A stretch of 32,000 bases of DNA, taken from NCBI RefSeq assembly GCF_016127575.1, contig NZ_CP066019.1, forward strand, positions 540,001-572,000, read 5' to 3'. The stretch comes from Cupriavidus necator. GTDB lineage: Bacteria > Pseudomonadota > Gammaproteobacteria > Burkholderiales > Burkholderiaceae. Each line of letters starts with the position of its first letter. The stretch's first letter is position 1. A program made the translations under genes and the position numbers. Positions 18,153 through 26,618 of this stretch are shown here, piece after piece. The notes beneath the pieces were generated by a model. That model was not told the origin of the DNA, did no database searches, and worked only from the letters and a program-made list of their open reading frames with translations.

Positions 18153-18938
18153 CTACCGCGCAAACTGCCCCAGCACCGTCCCGACCGCCTCCAGCCCCGC
18201 CCCGATCATATGCTGCATGTAGGTGCCCATCTGCGGCATTACCAGCATCAGCACCAGCAGGCCGCCGGACAGCGTGACCGGGAAGCCGACCGCAAAGATC
18301 GACAGTTGCGGCGAGGCGCGGTTGAGGATGCCCATCGCCAGGTTCAGCGTCAGCAGCGCCGCGATCATCGGCAGCGCCAGCAGCAGCCCGGACGAGAACA
18401 CCATGCCGCCGGCGCGGGCCACGGCCATGGCGCCGCCGGCGGACAGCGGCGTGCCGCCGATGGGCAGGCCGCTGAAGCTGTCGACCAGCGCGCCCAGCAT
18501 CAGCAGGTGGCCGTCCAGCGCCAGGAACAGCAGCATCGCGATCAGGTTCAGGAAGCGCGACAGCACCATGGTCTGGCCGCCGGCGGCGCGGTCGAAGAAC
18601 GAGGCAAAGGACAGGCCCATCTGCAGGCCGATGATTTCGCCGGCCTGCTGCACGGTGGCAAAGACCAGCCGCATGGCAAAGCCCGTGGCCAGGCCGATGC
18701 CGACTTCGTTGAGGATGATCATCAGCCCGCCGAAGGAGTACACCGGCACCACCGGCAGCTGCGCGATGGTGGGCGACACCACCACCGCGACCATCGCGGA
18801 CAGCGCGATCTTGGCGCGGCGCGGGATGGTGGACTCACCGAACAGCGGCGCGGTGCCGATCAGGGCCAGGATGCGGAAGAAAGGCCACAGGAACGCCGCG
18901 AGCCAGCTGTAGAGCTGGGCTGAGGTGAATTCGACCAC
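18153..18938 (-). CDS. fliR: Flagellar type III export gate protein FliR
   Basis: Polytopic membrane protein with an N-terminus (LAAFLWPFFRILALIGTAPLFG) typical of FliR. Last gene of the fliLMNOPQR order. Confidence 0.92.
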   Translation of the reverse strand: MVEFTSAQLYSWLAAFLWPFFRILALIGTAPLFGESTIPRRAKIALSAMVAVVVSPTIAQLPVVPVYSFGGLMIILNEVGIGLATGFAMRLVFATVQQAGEIIGLQMGLSFASFFDRAAGGQTMVLSRFLNLIAMLLFLALDGHLLMLGALVDSFSGLPIGGTPLSAGGAMAVARAGGMVFSSGLLLALPMIAALLTLNLAMGILNRASPQLSIFAVGFPVTLSGGLLVLMLVMPQMGTYMQHMIGAGLEAVGTVLGQFAR

Positions 18939-18985
18939 GGCGGGGAGTCAGGGGGCGGGAGGGCGGCGGCGGGGGCTGGCCAGCG

Positions 18986-19255
18986 TCAGTGCGCCAGCGC
19001 GGGAATGCTCTGGAACACCTCGCGCATGTAGTCGACCATGGAATTGATCATCCACGGCCCCGCCAGCACCATGGTGGCGAACAGCGCGATCAGCTTGGGG
19101 ATGAAGCTCAGCGTCATCTCGTTGATCTGCGTCGCGGCCTGGAACAGGCTCACCACCAGGCCGGCGGCCAGCGCCACCAGCAGCAGCGGGGCGGCCAGCA
19201 GCAGGGTCATCTTCATCGCCTGGGTGGCGATGGTCATTACGGTCTCGGGTGTCAT
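18986..19255 (-). CDS. fliQ: Flagellar export gate protein FliQ
   Basis: 89 aa with two TM segments; LFQAATQINEMTLSFIPK signature. Confidence 0.93.
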   Translation of the reverse strand: MTPETVMTIATQAMKMTLLLAAPLLLVALAAGLVVSLFQAATQINEMTLSFIPKLIALFATMVLAGPWMINSMVDYMREVFQSIPALAH

Positions 19256-19295
19256 GGCTCGGACTCTGCGGTGGGTGGCGGGCGTTGGGGCCGTG

Positions 19296-20081
19296 TCAGT
19301 TCATGAAGCTCTGCGCCAGCGAACCGAGCAGCAGCTGCCAGCCGTCGACCAGCACGAACAGCATCAGCTTGAACGGCAGCGAGATGGTGGCCGGCGGCAC
19401 CATCATCATCCCCATCGCCATCAGCACGCTGGCGACGACCAGGTCGATGATCAGGAACGGGATGAAGATGGTGAAGCCGATCTGGAACGCGGTCTTCAAC
19501 TCGCTGGTGACGAAGGCCGGCACCAGGATGCTGAGCGGCACTTCCTCGGGGCCCTGCATCTCAGGCGCCTTGGCCATCTGCGCGAACATGGCCAGGTCTT
19601 TCTCGCGGGTCTGGCGCAGCATGAAGGCCTTGAGCGGCTCCGCGGCCTTGGCCGCGGCGGCTTCCAGGCTGATCTTGTTTTCCGACAGCGGCTTGTAGGC
19701 GTCGTTGTAGACACGGTCGAACACCGGTGCCATCACGAAGAAGGTCAGGAACAGCGACAGGCCCACCAGCACCTGGTTGGGCGGCGAGGTGGCGGTGCCC
19801 AGTGCGCTGCGCAGCAGGCCCAGCACGATGATGATGCGGGTGAAGCCGGTCATCAGCAGCATCGCCGCAGGCAGGAACGACAGCGAGGTCAGCAGCACCA
19901 GCGTCTGTACCGGCAGCGACCAGATCTGGCCGCCGCCCGGGGCGGGCTTGCTGATGACGCCGGGCAGTGCCTGGGCCCAGGCCGGCGCGGGCGCCAGCGC
20001 GGCAATGGCCAGCATCAGCGCGAGCAGGGACAGCAGCGGGCCCGGCAGCGGGCGCCGCAGCGCGGCACGCGGGGAATTCAT
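19296..20081 (-). CDS. fliP: Flagellar export gate protein FliP
   Basis: Signal peptide, then [19 protein letters not shown] and FKTAFQIGF motifs. The ATG overlaps the fliO stop (ATGA). Confidence 0.93.
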   Translation of the reverse strand: MNSPRAALRRPLPGPLLSLLALMLAIAALAPAPAWAQALPGVISKPAPGGGQIWSLPVQTLVLLTSLSFLPAAMLLMTGFTRIIIVLGLLRSALGTATSPPNQVLVGLSLFLTFFVMAPVFDRVYNDAYKPLSENKISLEAAAAKAAEPLKAFMLRQTREKDLAMFAQMAKAPEMQGPEEVPLSILVPAFVTSELKTAFQIGFTIFIPFLIIDLVVASVLMAMGMMMVPPATISLPFKLMLFVLVDGWQLLLGSLAQSFMN

Positions 20082-20533
20082 GACTTGAAGTGATTTTGCA
20101 TCGAACGCAGCAGCTTTTCGGCAAAGGTGCCGCCACCCGGCTGTTGCGAAGGGCCTGCACCGCCGGTGGCGGCGAGGGGATTGGCTGCGGTGGTGCCCGC
20201 AGGCAGGGTATGCAGTGGCCGGATTTCGCCGGGGCTCACGCCCAGCACCAGCCAGGTATCGCCCACTTCCACCAGCACCAGGCGCTGGCGTGCGCCGAGC
20301 ATGGTGCTGCCGACCACCTTCATCGCGCCGCCGGTGGCCTGACGGACCAGGCCGGCACGCCGGGCCACCCAGGCCATGCCCAGGATCAGCGCGACGATGG
20401 CGAACAGCCCCAGCCCGGCCTGCGCCAGGCTGGCCGCGCCGCTGATGGCGGGCGCGTGCGTGCCGTCGGCGGCCATGGCGGCCCCCGGCAGCGCCGCAAG
20501 CACGGCCAGGCTGGCGCGCGTGTGCATGATCAT
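20078..20533 (-). CDS. fliO: Flagellar biosynthesis protein FliO
   Basis: Small single-TM protein between fliN and fliP; [15 protein letters not shown] motif. ATGA overlaps at both ends. Confidence 0.85.
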   Translation of the reverse strand: MIMHTRASLAVLAALPGAAMAADGTHAPAISGAASLAQAGLGLFAIVALILGMAWVARRAGLVRQATGGAMKVVGSTMLGARQRLVLVEVGDTWLVLGVSPGEIRPLHTLPAGTTAANPLAATGGAGPSQQPGGGTFAEKLLRSMQNHFKS

Positions 20534-20979
20534 TTGTTCAGCTTCCGGATGCGTTCGGACGGCGTGATGATGTCCGTCAGGCGGATGCCGAACTTGTCGT
20601 TCACCACCACTACCTCGCCCTGCGCGATCAGGTAGCCGTTGACCAGCACGTCCATCGGTTCGCCGGCCAGGCCGTCCAGCTCCACCACCGAGCCCTGCGC
20701 CAGCTGCAGCAGGTTCTTGATGGGCACCTTGGTGCGGCCCAGTTCCACGGTCAGCTGCACCGGGATATCGAGAATCATCTCGATATCGTTGCGGAAGCCG
20801 CTCGGCGCTTCCTTCGCCAGCGGCTGGAACACGGTGGCGGCGGCCGGAGTGGCCGCGGGTTGGGCCGCCGGTGCGGCAGCTGCGGGGATCCCGGCGGATG
20901 TGGCGCTGGTCTGCTCGGCCAGCGCGCTGGCCCAGTCGTCCATCGGATCGACGGGCTTGTCCTCGATGCCGTCACTCAT
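20530..20979 (-). CDS. fliN: Flagellar motor switch protein FliN
   Basis: C-terminal SpoA domain: [33 protein letters not shown]...[17 protein letters not shown]. Confidence 0.93.
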   Translation of the reverse strand: MSDGIEDKPVDPMDDWASALAEQTSATSAGIPAAAAPAAQPAATPAAATVFQPLAKEAPSGFRNDIEMILDIPVQLTVELGRTKVPIKNLLQLAQGSVVELDGLAGEPMDVLVNGYLIAQGEVVVVNDKFGIRLTDIITPSERIRKLNK

Positions 20980-21991
20980 AATCGCTGTCCTCGGTGTCCA
21001 GGTGGGAATCGCCGTCCTGGTGATTGATCATTCGTTCTACCCGCAGCGCGTACTGGCCGTTCATCGTGCCGAAGCCGCATTGCATGACGGGCACGCCGTC
21101 CACCTTGCCGAACACCTTCTCCGGCAGCTCGATCGGCAGCACGTCGCCGGCGCGCATCGCCAGCACTTCGGCCACGGTGCTCTGCAGGTGCGCGAACTCG
21201 GCCACCAGCTCCACCTCGGCCGCGCGCAGCTGCGTGGACAGTTGCGTGACCCAGCCCTTGTCGACTTCCTTCTCGTCCTGCAGCGGATTCATCAGCAGGT
21301 CCTTGAGCGGCTCGATCATCGCGTACGGCAGGCACACGTGGAGCTGCCCGCCGACGGCGCCCAGTTCGATATGGAAGGCGGTGGTCACCACGGCCTCGTT
21401 GTGGGTGGCGACGTTGGCAAACTTGGGGTGCATCTCCGAGCGGATGTACTCGGTCTCGATCGGGTGCACGGTGCGCCAGGCGTTGCCGTAGCTGGCCAGC
21501 GTCAGCTCCAGCATGCGCTGGATGATGCGCTGCTCGGTCTGGGTGAAGTCGCGGCCTTCCACGCGGGTGTGGAAGCGGCCGTCGCCGCCGAACAGGTTGT
21601 CCACCACCAGAAACACCAGGTTCGGGTCGTAGACGAACAGCGCCGTGCCGCGCAGCGGCTTCAGGTGGACCAGGTTCAGGTTGGTCGGCATCGGCAGGTT
21701 GCGCGCGAAGTCGCCGAATTTCTCGATCCTGATGCTGCCCACGGTGATGTCCGCGCCGCGGCGGATGAAATTGAACAGCGCCGTGCGCATCGAGCGCGCA
21801 AAGCGCTCGTTGATGATTTCCAGCGTGTGCAGGCGGCCGCGGATGATGCGCTCCTGCGTGGCCAGGTTGTAGGGGCGCACACCGCCCTCGTCGAGCGCAG
21901 GCTCGCTGGCCTTGGGCGTATCGGCTTCGCCGGATACGCCCTTGAGCAGCTCGTCGACCTCGTCTTGCGAGAGGAACTTGTCGTAGGCCAT
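20972..21991 (-). CDS. fliM: Flagellar motor switch protein FliM
   Basis: N-terminal CheY-P binding motif LSQDEVDELL. About 339 aa, with FliM middle and C-terminal domains. Confidence 0.93.
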   Translation of the reverse strand: MAYDKFLSQDEVDELLKGVSGEADTPKASEPALDEGGVRPYNLATQERIIRGRLHTLEIINERFARSMRTALFNFIRRGADITVGSIRIEKFGDFARNLPMPTNLNLVHLKPLRGTALFVYDPNLVFLVVDNLFGGDGRFHTRVEGRDFTQTEQRIIQRMLELTLASYGNAWRTVHPIETEYIRSEMHPKFANVATHNEAVVTTAFHIELGAVGGQLHVCLPYAMIEPLKDLLMNPLQDEKEVDKGWVTQLSTQLRAAEVELVAEFAHLQSTVAEVLAMRAGDVLPIELPEKVFGKVDGVPVMQCGFGTMNGQYALRVERMINHQDGDSHLDTEDSDYE

Positions 21992-22050
21992 CTAGTGTCC
22001 TGCCCCTTGTGCGGCGTTATGGATGAATCCGGTGCGGCCCTGGCTTGCGC

Positions 22051-22542
22051 TTACTGCACCACGAAAGAGGTGAAGAGCACGTCCAGCACCCGCTGCGCCG
22101 GCAGGCCGCTGGCAAACGGCTTGCTGATGGTGTCGCGGATGTCGTCGGCCAGCTTGCGCTTGCCTTCGACGGTGGCCAGGTCGGCCGGCTGCCTGGCCGA
22201 CAGCAGCAGCAGGATGCGGCTGCGTGCCTCGGGCAGGTACTGGGCCAGGCGAGCCTGGGTCTCGGCATCGGCCACCTTCAGTGACAGGCCGGTGTGCAGG
22301 AAGCGGTCGCCGTCGTCGCTGCGCAGGTTGACGGTGAACGCGTCCAGCGGCACGAAGATCGGCGGCGGCACGACCGGGGCGGCAGGCGCGGCGGGCGCCG
22401 CCGGCTGGCGGTTGCTCAGCACGCTGCCCAGCACGAAGCCTCCGGCGCCCAGTGCCACCACCAGCACGCCGGCGCCGATCAGCAGCAGCCGGCCGCGCTT
22501 GCCTGTGTTGCCAGTCCGGGGAGGGGAAGCCGTGTTCGCCAT
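22051..22542 (-). CDS. fliL: Flagellar basal-body-associated protein FliL
   Basis: Single N-terminal TM segment, then FVPLDAFTVNL...FLHTGLSLKV...LFTSFVVQ, typical of FliL. First gene of the operon. Confidence 0.88.
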   Translation of the reverse strand: MANTASPPRTGNTGKRGRLLLIGAGVLVVALGAGGFVLGSVLSNRQPAAPAAPAAPVVPPPIFVPLDAFTVNLRSDDGDRFLHTGLSLKVADAETQARLAQYLPEARSRILLLLSARQPADLATVEGKRKLADDIRDTISKPFASGLPAQRVLDVLFTSFVVQ

Positions 22543-22700
22543 GAGAAGCCTGTATCGGAATGCCTGCCATTCTTCCGGAATCGCAGGCCAGCAAAGGGCC
22601 GAAAAAAAGGGGGAAACCCTTTCAGCTTGGCCATTTGAGCGGAAAGGGAGCAGGCACGGCTACGCGAGCGGGCGCCGTTTGTTGCGCGCCTGCAGGCTGG

Positions 22701-22727
22701 TTAACGCTTGATGTCGTGTGAACTTGA
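22701..22727 (-). promoter_or_regulatory. Candidate sigma28 (FliA)-type promoter for fliL: TCAAGTTC-N11-AGCGTTAA on the minus strand
   Basis: Compared with the enteric consensus TAAAGTTT-N11-GCCGATAA, it matches 6 of 8 and 5 of 8 at exact spacing. It lies about 160 nt upstream of the fliL ATG. Weak. Confidence 0.25.
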
Positions 22728-22910
22728 GTGCCGGTGCAAGCTGCCGCGATTCCTGGCCGGGCCGCCGGGCAGGGGCGCGGTAGCGCCGCCATGCATTCCC
22801 TACTACGCCAGTCGGGTAGTGATTCATGTGGGTTTGCACGTCATCCAATCTCCAATACGTTGATTTGCATGATGTTTTTTGTCTTCACTCTTATATAAGA
22901 TATAAGACAT

Positions 22911-22939
22911 TTGACCGGGGAGCGGCTTCAGACTACAAT
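22911..22939 (+). promoter_or_regulatory. Sigma70 promoter of acnB: TTGACC-N17-TACAAT
   Basis: -35 at 22911-22916 and -10 at 22934-22939, in an AT-rich tract about 45 nt upstream of the acnB ATG. Confidence 0.6.
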
Positions 22940-22985
22940 CGCGACGTAACGAGATTTTCTAAACCTAATTACTCAGCAGGTTCCC

Positions 22986-25577
22986 ATGCTTGAAAACTAT
23001 CGCGCACATGTGGCCGAGCGCGCCGCGCTTGGCATCCCCCCTCTGCCCCTGACCGCCAAGCAGACGGCCGAGCTGGTCGAACTGCTGAAGAACCCGCCCG
23101 CCGGTGAAGAGCAGACCCTGGTGGAGCTGATCACCTACCGCGTGCCGGCCGGCGTGGATGACGCCGCCAAGGTCAAGGCCTCGTACCTGGCCGCCGTGGC
23201 GCTGGGCAAGGAAAAGTGCGCGCTGATCTCGCGCGCCAAGGCGACCGAGCTGCTGGGCACCATGCTGGGCGGCTACAACATCTCGCCGCTGATCGAGCTG
23301 CTGGACGATGCCGAAGTGGGCACCGTCGCCGCCGAGGCGCTGAAGAAGACCCTGCTGATGTTCGACGCCTTCCACGATGTGAAGGAAAAGGCCGACCAGG
23401 GCAATGCCAACGCCAAGGCCGTGCTGCAAAGCTGGGCCGACGCCGAGTGGTTCACCAGCCGTCCGGAAGTGCCGCAAAGCCTGACCATCACCGTGTTCAA
23501 GGTGCCGGGCGAAACCAACACCGACGACCTGTCGCCGGCCCCGGACGCCACCACCCGCCCGGACATCCCGATGCACGCGCTGGCCATGCTGAAGAACAAG
23601 CGCGAAGGCGCTGCGTTCCAGCCGGAAGAAGACGGCAAGCGCGGCCCGGTCAAGTTCATTGAATCGCTGAAGGAAAAGGGCCACCTGGTCGCCTACGTGG
23701 GAGACGTGGTCGGTACCGGCTCCAGCCGCAAGTCCGCCACCAACTCGGTGCTGTGGTTCACCGGCGAAGACATCCCGTTCATCCCGAACAAGCGCTTCGG
23801 CGGCGTGTGCCTGGGCAACAAGATCGCCCCGATCTTCTACAACACCATGGAAGACGCCGGCGCGCTGCCGATCGAGCTGGACGTGTCGAAGATGGAAATG
23901 GGCGACGTGGTCGAACTGCGCCCGTATGAAGGCAAGGCCCTGAAGGACGGCGCAGTGATCGCCGAGTTCAAGGTCAAGTCCGACGTGCTGTTCGATGAAG
24001 TCCGCGCCGGCGGCCGTATTCCCCTGATCGTCGGCCGTGGCCTGACCGCCAAGGCGCGCGAAGCGCTGGGCCTGGCCCCGTCGACGCTGTTCCGCCTGCC
24101 GCAGAACCCGGCCGATACCGGCCGCGGCTTCACGCTGGCGCAGAAGATGGTCGGCCGCGCCTGCGGCCTGCCTGAAGGCAAGGGCATCCGCCCGGGCACC
24201 TACTGCGAACCGAAGATGACCTCGGTGGGCTCGCAGGACACCACCGGCCCGATGACCCGCGACGAACTGAAGGACCTGGCCTGCCTGGGCTTCTCGGCCG
24301 ACCTGGTGATGCAGTCGTTCTGCCACACCGCCGCCTATCCGAAGCCGGTCGACGTCAAGACCCACCACACGCTGCCCGAGTTCATCAGCACCCGCGGGGG
24401 CATCTCGCTGCGCCCGGGCGACGGCGTGATCCACTCGTGGCTGAACCGCATGCTGCTGCCCGACACCGTCGGCACCGGCGGCGATTCGCACACCCGCTTC
24501 CCGATCGGCATCAGCTTCCCCGCAGGTTCGGGCCTGGTGGCCTTTGCCGCCGCCACCGGCGTGATGCCGCTGGACATGCCGGAATCGGTGCTGGTCCGCT
24601 TCAAGGGCAAGATGCAGCCCGGCGTGACGCTGCGCGACCTGGTCAACGCGATTCCGCTGTACGCGATCAAGCAAGGCCTGCTGACCGTGGCCAAGCAAGG
24701 CAAGAAGAACATCTTCTCGGGCCGCGTCCTGGAAATCGAAGGCCTGCCCGACCTGAAGGTCGAGCAAGCGTTCGAGCTGTCGGATGCATCGGCTGAGCGC
24801 TCGGCCGCCGGTTGCACGGTGCGCCTGAACAAGGACCCGATCATCGAATACATCAACAGCAACATCACGCTGCTGAAGTGGATGATCGCCCAGGGCTACC
24901 AGGACCCGCGCAGCCTGCAGCGCCGCATCAAGGCCATGGAAGCGTGGCTGGCCGATCCCAAGCTGCTGGAGCCGGACGCCGACGCCGAATACGCCGCCGT
25001 GATCGAGATCGACCTGGCCGACGTGCATGAGCCGATCGTGGCCTGCCCGAACGACCCGGACGACGTCAAGACGCTGTCCGAGGTGGCCGGCGCCAAGATC
25101 GACGAAGTGTTTATCGGTTCGTGCATGACCAACATCGGCCACTTCCGCGCAGCCTCCAAGCTGCTGGAAGGCAAGCGCGACATCCCGGTCAAGCTGTGGG
25201 TGGCTCCGCCGACCAAGATGGACCAGAAGCAGCTGACCGAGGAAGGCCACTATGGCGTGTTCGGCACCGCCGGTGCCCGCACCGAAATGCCGGGCTGCTC
25301 GCTGTGCATGGGCAACCAGGCACAGGTGCGCGAAGGCGCCACGGTGATGTCGACCAGCACGCGTAACTTCCCGAACCGCCTGGGCAAGAACACCAACGTG
25401 TACCTGGGTTCCGCCGAACTGGCGGCGATCTGCTCGCGCCTGGGCCGTATCCCGACCAAGGAAGAGTACATGGCCGACATGGGCGTGCTCAACGCCAATG
25501 GCGACAAGATCTACAAGTACATGAACTTCGACCAGATCGAGGACTTCAAGGAAGTGGCCGACGGCGTGACGGTGTAA
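22986..25577 (+). CDS. acnB: Aconitate hydratase B / 2-methylisocitrate dehydratase
   Basis: 863 aa. N-terminus [22 protein letters not shown](T)AKQ and the N-terminal HEAT-like plus swivel domain organisation are characteristic of AcnB. Fe-S cysteines lie in ...IGSCMTN..., ...[11 protein letters not shown].... Confidence 0.95.
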   Translation: MLENYRAHVAERAALGIPPLPLTAKQTAELVELLKNPPAGEEQTLVELITYRVPAGVDDAAKVKASYLAAVALGKEKCALISRAKATELLGTMLGGYNISPLIELLDDAEVGTVAAEALKKTLLMFDAFHDVKEKADQGNANAKAVLQSWADAEWFTSRPEVPQSLTITVFKVPGETNTDDLSPAPDATTRPDIPMHALAMLKNKREGAAFQPEEDGKRGPVKFIESLKEKGHLVAYVGDVVGTGSSRKSATNSVLWFTGEDIPFIPNKRFGGVCLGNKIAPIFYNTMEDAGALPIELDVSKMEMGDVVELRPYEGKALKDGAVIAEFKVKSDVLFDEVRAGGRIPLIVGRGLTAKAREALGLAPSTLFRLPQNPADTGRGFTLAQKMVGRACGLPEGKGIRPGTYCEPKMTSVGSQDTTGPMTRDELKDLACLGFSADLVMQSFCHTAAYPKPVDVKTHHTLPEFISTRGGISLRPGDGVIHSWLNRMLLPDTVGTGGDSHTRFPIGISFPAGSGLVAFAAATGVMPLDMPESVLVRFKGKMQPGVTLRDLVNAIPLYAIKQGLLTVAKQGKKNIFSGRVLEIEGLPDLKVEQAFELSDASAERSAAGCTVRLNKDPIIEYINSNITLLKWMIAQGYQDPRSLQRRIKAMEAWLADPKLLEPDADAEYAAVIEIDLADVHEPIVACPNDPDDVKTLSEVAGAKIDEVFIGSCMTNIGHFRAASKLLEGKRDIPVKLWVAPPTKMDQKQLTEEGHYGVFGTAGARTEMPGCSLCMGNQAQVREGATVMSTSTRNFPNRLGKNTNVYLGSAELAAICSRLGRIPTKEEYMADMGVLNANGDKIYKYMNFDQIEDFKEVADGVTV

Positions 25578-25605
25578 GCCGCGCAGTCAGGCTGGCATGA
25601 AGAAG

Positions 25606-25635
25606 GGGCCCCGCTTGCGGGGCCCTTTTGTATTT
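25606..25635 (+). terminator. Rho-independent terminator of acnB
   Basis: GGGCCCCG-cttg-CGGGGCCC: an 8-bp all-GC stem with a 4-nt loop, followed by TTTTGTATTT. Confidence 0.85.
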
Positions 25636-25697
25636 GGATTTCGCCGGCTTGACGGGTGGCATACGCCACCACCACCACCAAATTGCCGCTGGGATGT

Positions 25698-25723
25698 TCC
25701 CTCTCCCCATGAGGGGAGAGGGA
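25698..25723. repeat. REP-like palindrome TCCCTCTCCCC-ATGA-GGGGAGAGGGA, 12 nt downstream of the response-regulator stop codon
   Basis: 11-bp perfect stem. The core is shared with 2556-2585. Confidence 0.75.
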
Positions 25724-25734
25724 GAACACCTTGC

Positions 25735-26394
25735 TCAGGCTAGTTCGGGCGGTTTTGGAGCACCCAGCGGAATCCCCTGGCGCGCGGCGTACGCCACCAC
25801 CTCCGCGGTATTGTGCAGGTCGAGCTTGCGCATCAGGTTCTCGCGGTGCTTGCGCGCAGTCAGCGGGCTGATGTCGAGTTGCGCGGCAATGTCGCCGGCG
25901 GTGGCGCCGCGCGCGATCAGCATCAGGATCTGCAGTTCGCGCCGGGTGAGCGTGGCAATTCCGTCCGGTGCCGCGGTGGCCGGTGCAGTGGCGCGCGCGG
26001 CCACGAAGTTGCGGCCCTCGCGCAGGGCCATGAGCGCGGGCACCAGTTCGCTGATATCGCCGCTCTTGACCAGGTAGCCATTGGCGCCCGCATCGATCGC
26101 CGCGTGGGCCATGCCCGCGCCCGCGCTGCCGGTCAGCACCAGGATGCGCAGCGCAGGATGCCTTGTGCGCAGGCGTTCCACGAAGGCCAGGCCATCGACG
26201 CCGGGCATGCCCAGGTCCATCACCAGCAGGTCGGTCGGTACCCGTTCCAGGAGCCCCAGCAGTTGCGCGCCATCTGCTGCCTCGCCCGCCAGCACCAGGT
26301 TGCCGACGCCGGACAGCACCTGCTTGAGGCCCTCCAGCACGATGGCATGGTCATCGGCGAGGGCCACGCGGGTCGGGACGGAAAAGCGGCTCAT
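25735..26394 (-). CDS. NarL/FixJ (LuxR C-terminal HTH) family response regulator
   Basis: Receiver domain (LADDH..., LLVMDLGMPGVDG, ILVLTGS) plus a LuxR HTH (LTRRELQILMLIARGATAGDIAAQLDISPLTARKHRENLMRKL). Confidence 0.9.
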   Translation of the reverse strand: MSRFSVPTRVALADDHAIVLEGLKQVLSGVGNLVLAGEAADGAQLLGLLERVPTDLLVMDLGMPGVDGLAFVERLRTRHPALRILVLTGSAGAGMAHAAIDAGANGYLVKSGDISELVPALMALREGRNFVAARATAPATAAPDGIATLTRRELQILMLIARGATAGDIAAQLDISPLTARKHRENLMRKLDLHNTAEVVAYAARQGIPLGAPKPPELA

Positions 26395-26618
26395 CGCGGC
26401 AGGTGCATCGGTGGCGAATGGGAAAGGGAAGGTGGTATAAAACGGCAGCCCGTCAGTCCGGCAGCTGCAGGTGGCCTGCTGAATGCCCCAATGAACCGGC
26501 GGCCGGCTGGATTATAGCGTTGCACGCCCAACCTGCCCCACGGCCTACCTAGCATGCGCAAGCTTCCGTTGTCCTGTTGCCGTACCGTTTCCTGCCGCCC
26601 GCAACGGGCGCTCGCATC

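Noticed and set aside
22552-22559. CCGATAC (minus strand) resembling the sigma28 -10 element GCCGATAA, just upstream of fliL
   Set aside because: It lies only about 10 nt from the fliL ATG, which leaves no room for a TSS plus a ribosome-binding site. There is no TAAA-type -35 at the proper distance.
20639-22711. 690-aa plus-strand ORF antisense to fliN, fliM and fliL. Similar long antisense or alternative-frame ORFs: 2443..4350(-), 5676..6926(-), 6818..7675(-), 14480..15304(+), 15392..16261(+), 19038..20093(+), 22965..25250(-), 27060..28439(-), 30973..31989(-), 208..981(+), 2595..4115(+)
   Set aside because: All have low-complexity Arg/Ala/Gly/His/Pro-rich translations and no recognisable motifs. 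Each overlaps a gene on the other strand or frame that has strong family signatures. Stop-codon depletion in GC-rich DNA explains them.
25668-25683. (CCA)4-like microsatellite gccaccaccaccaccaaa downstream of acnB
   Set aside because: It is short, intergenic and lies between two terminator-like hairpins. I can argue no functional consequence from the sequence alone.
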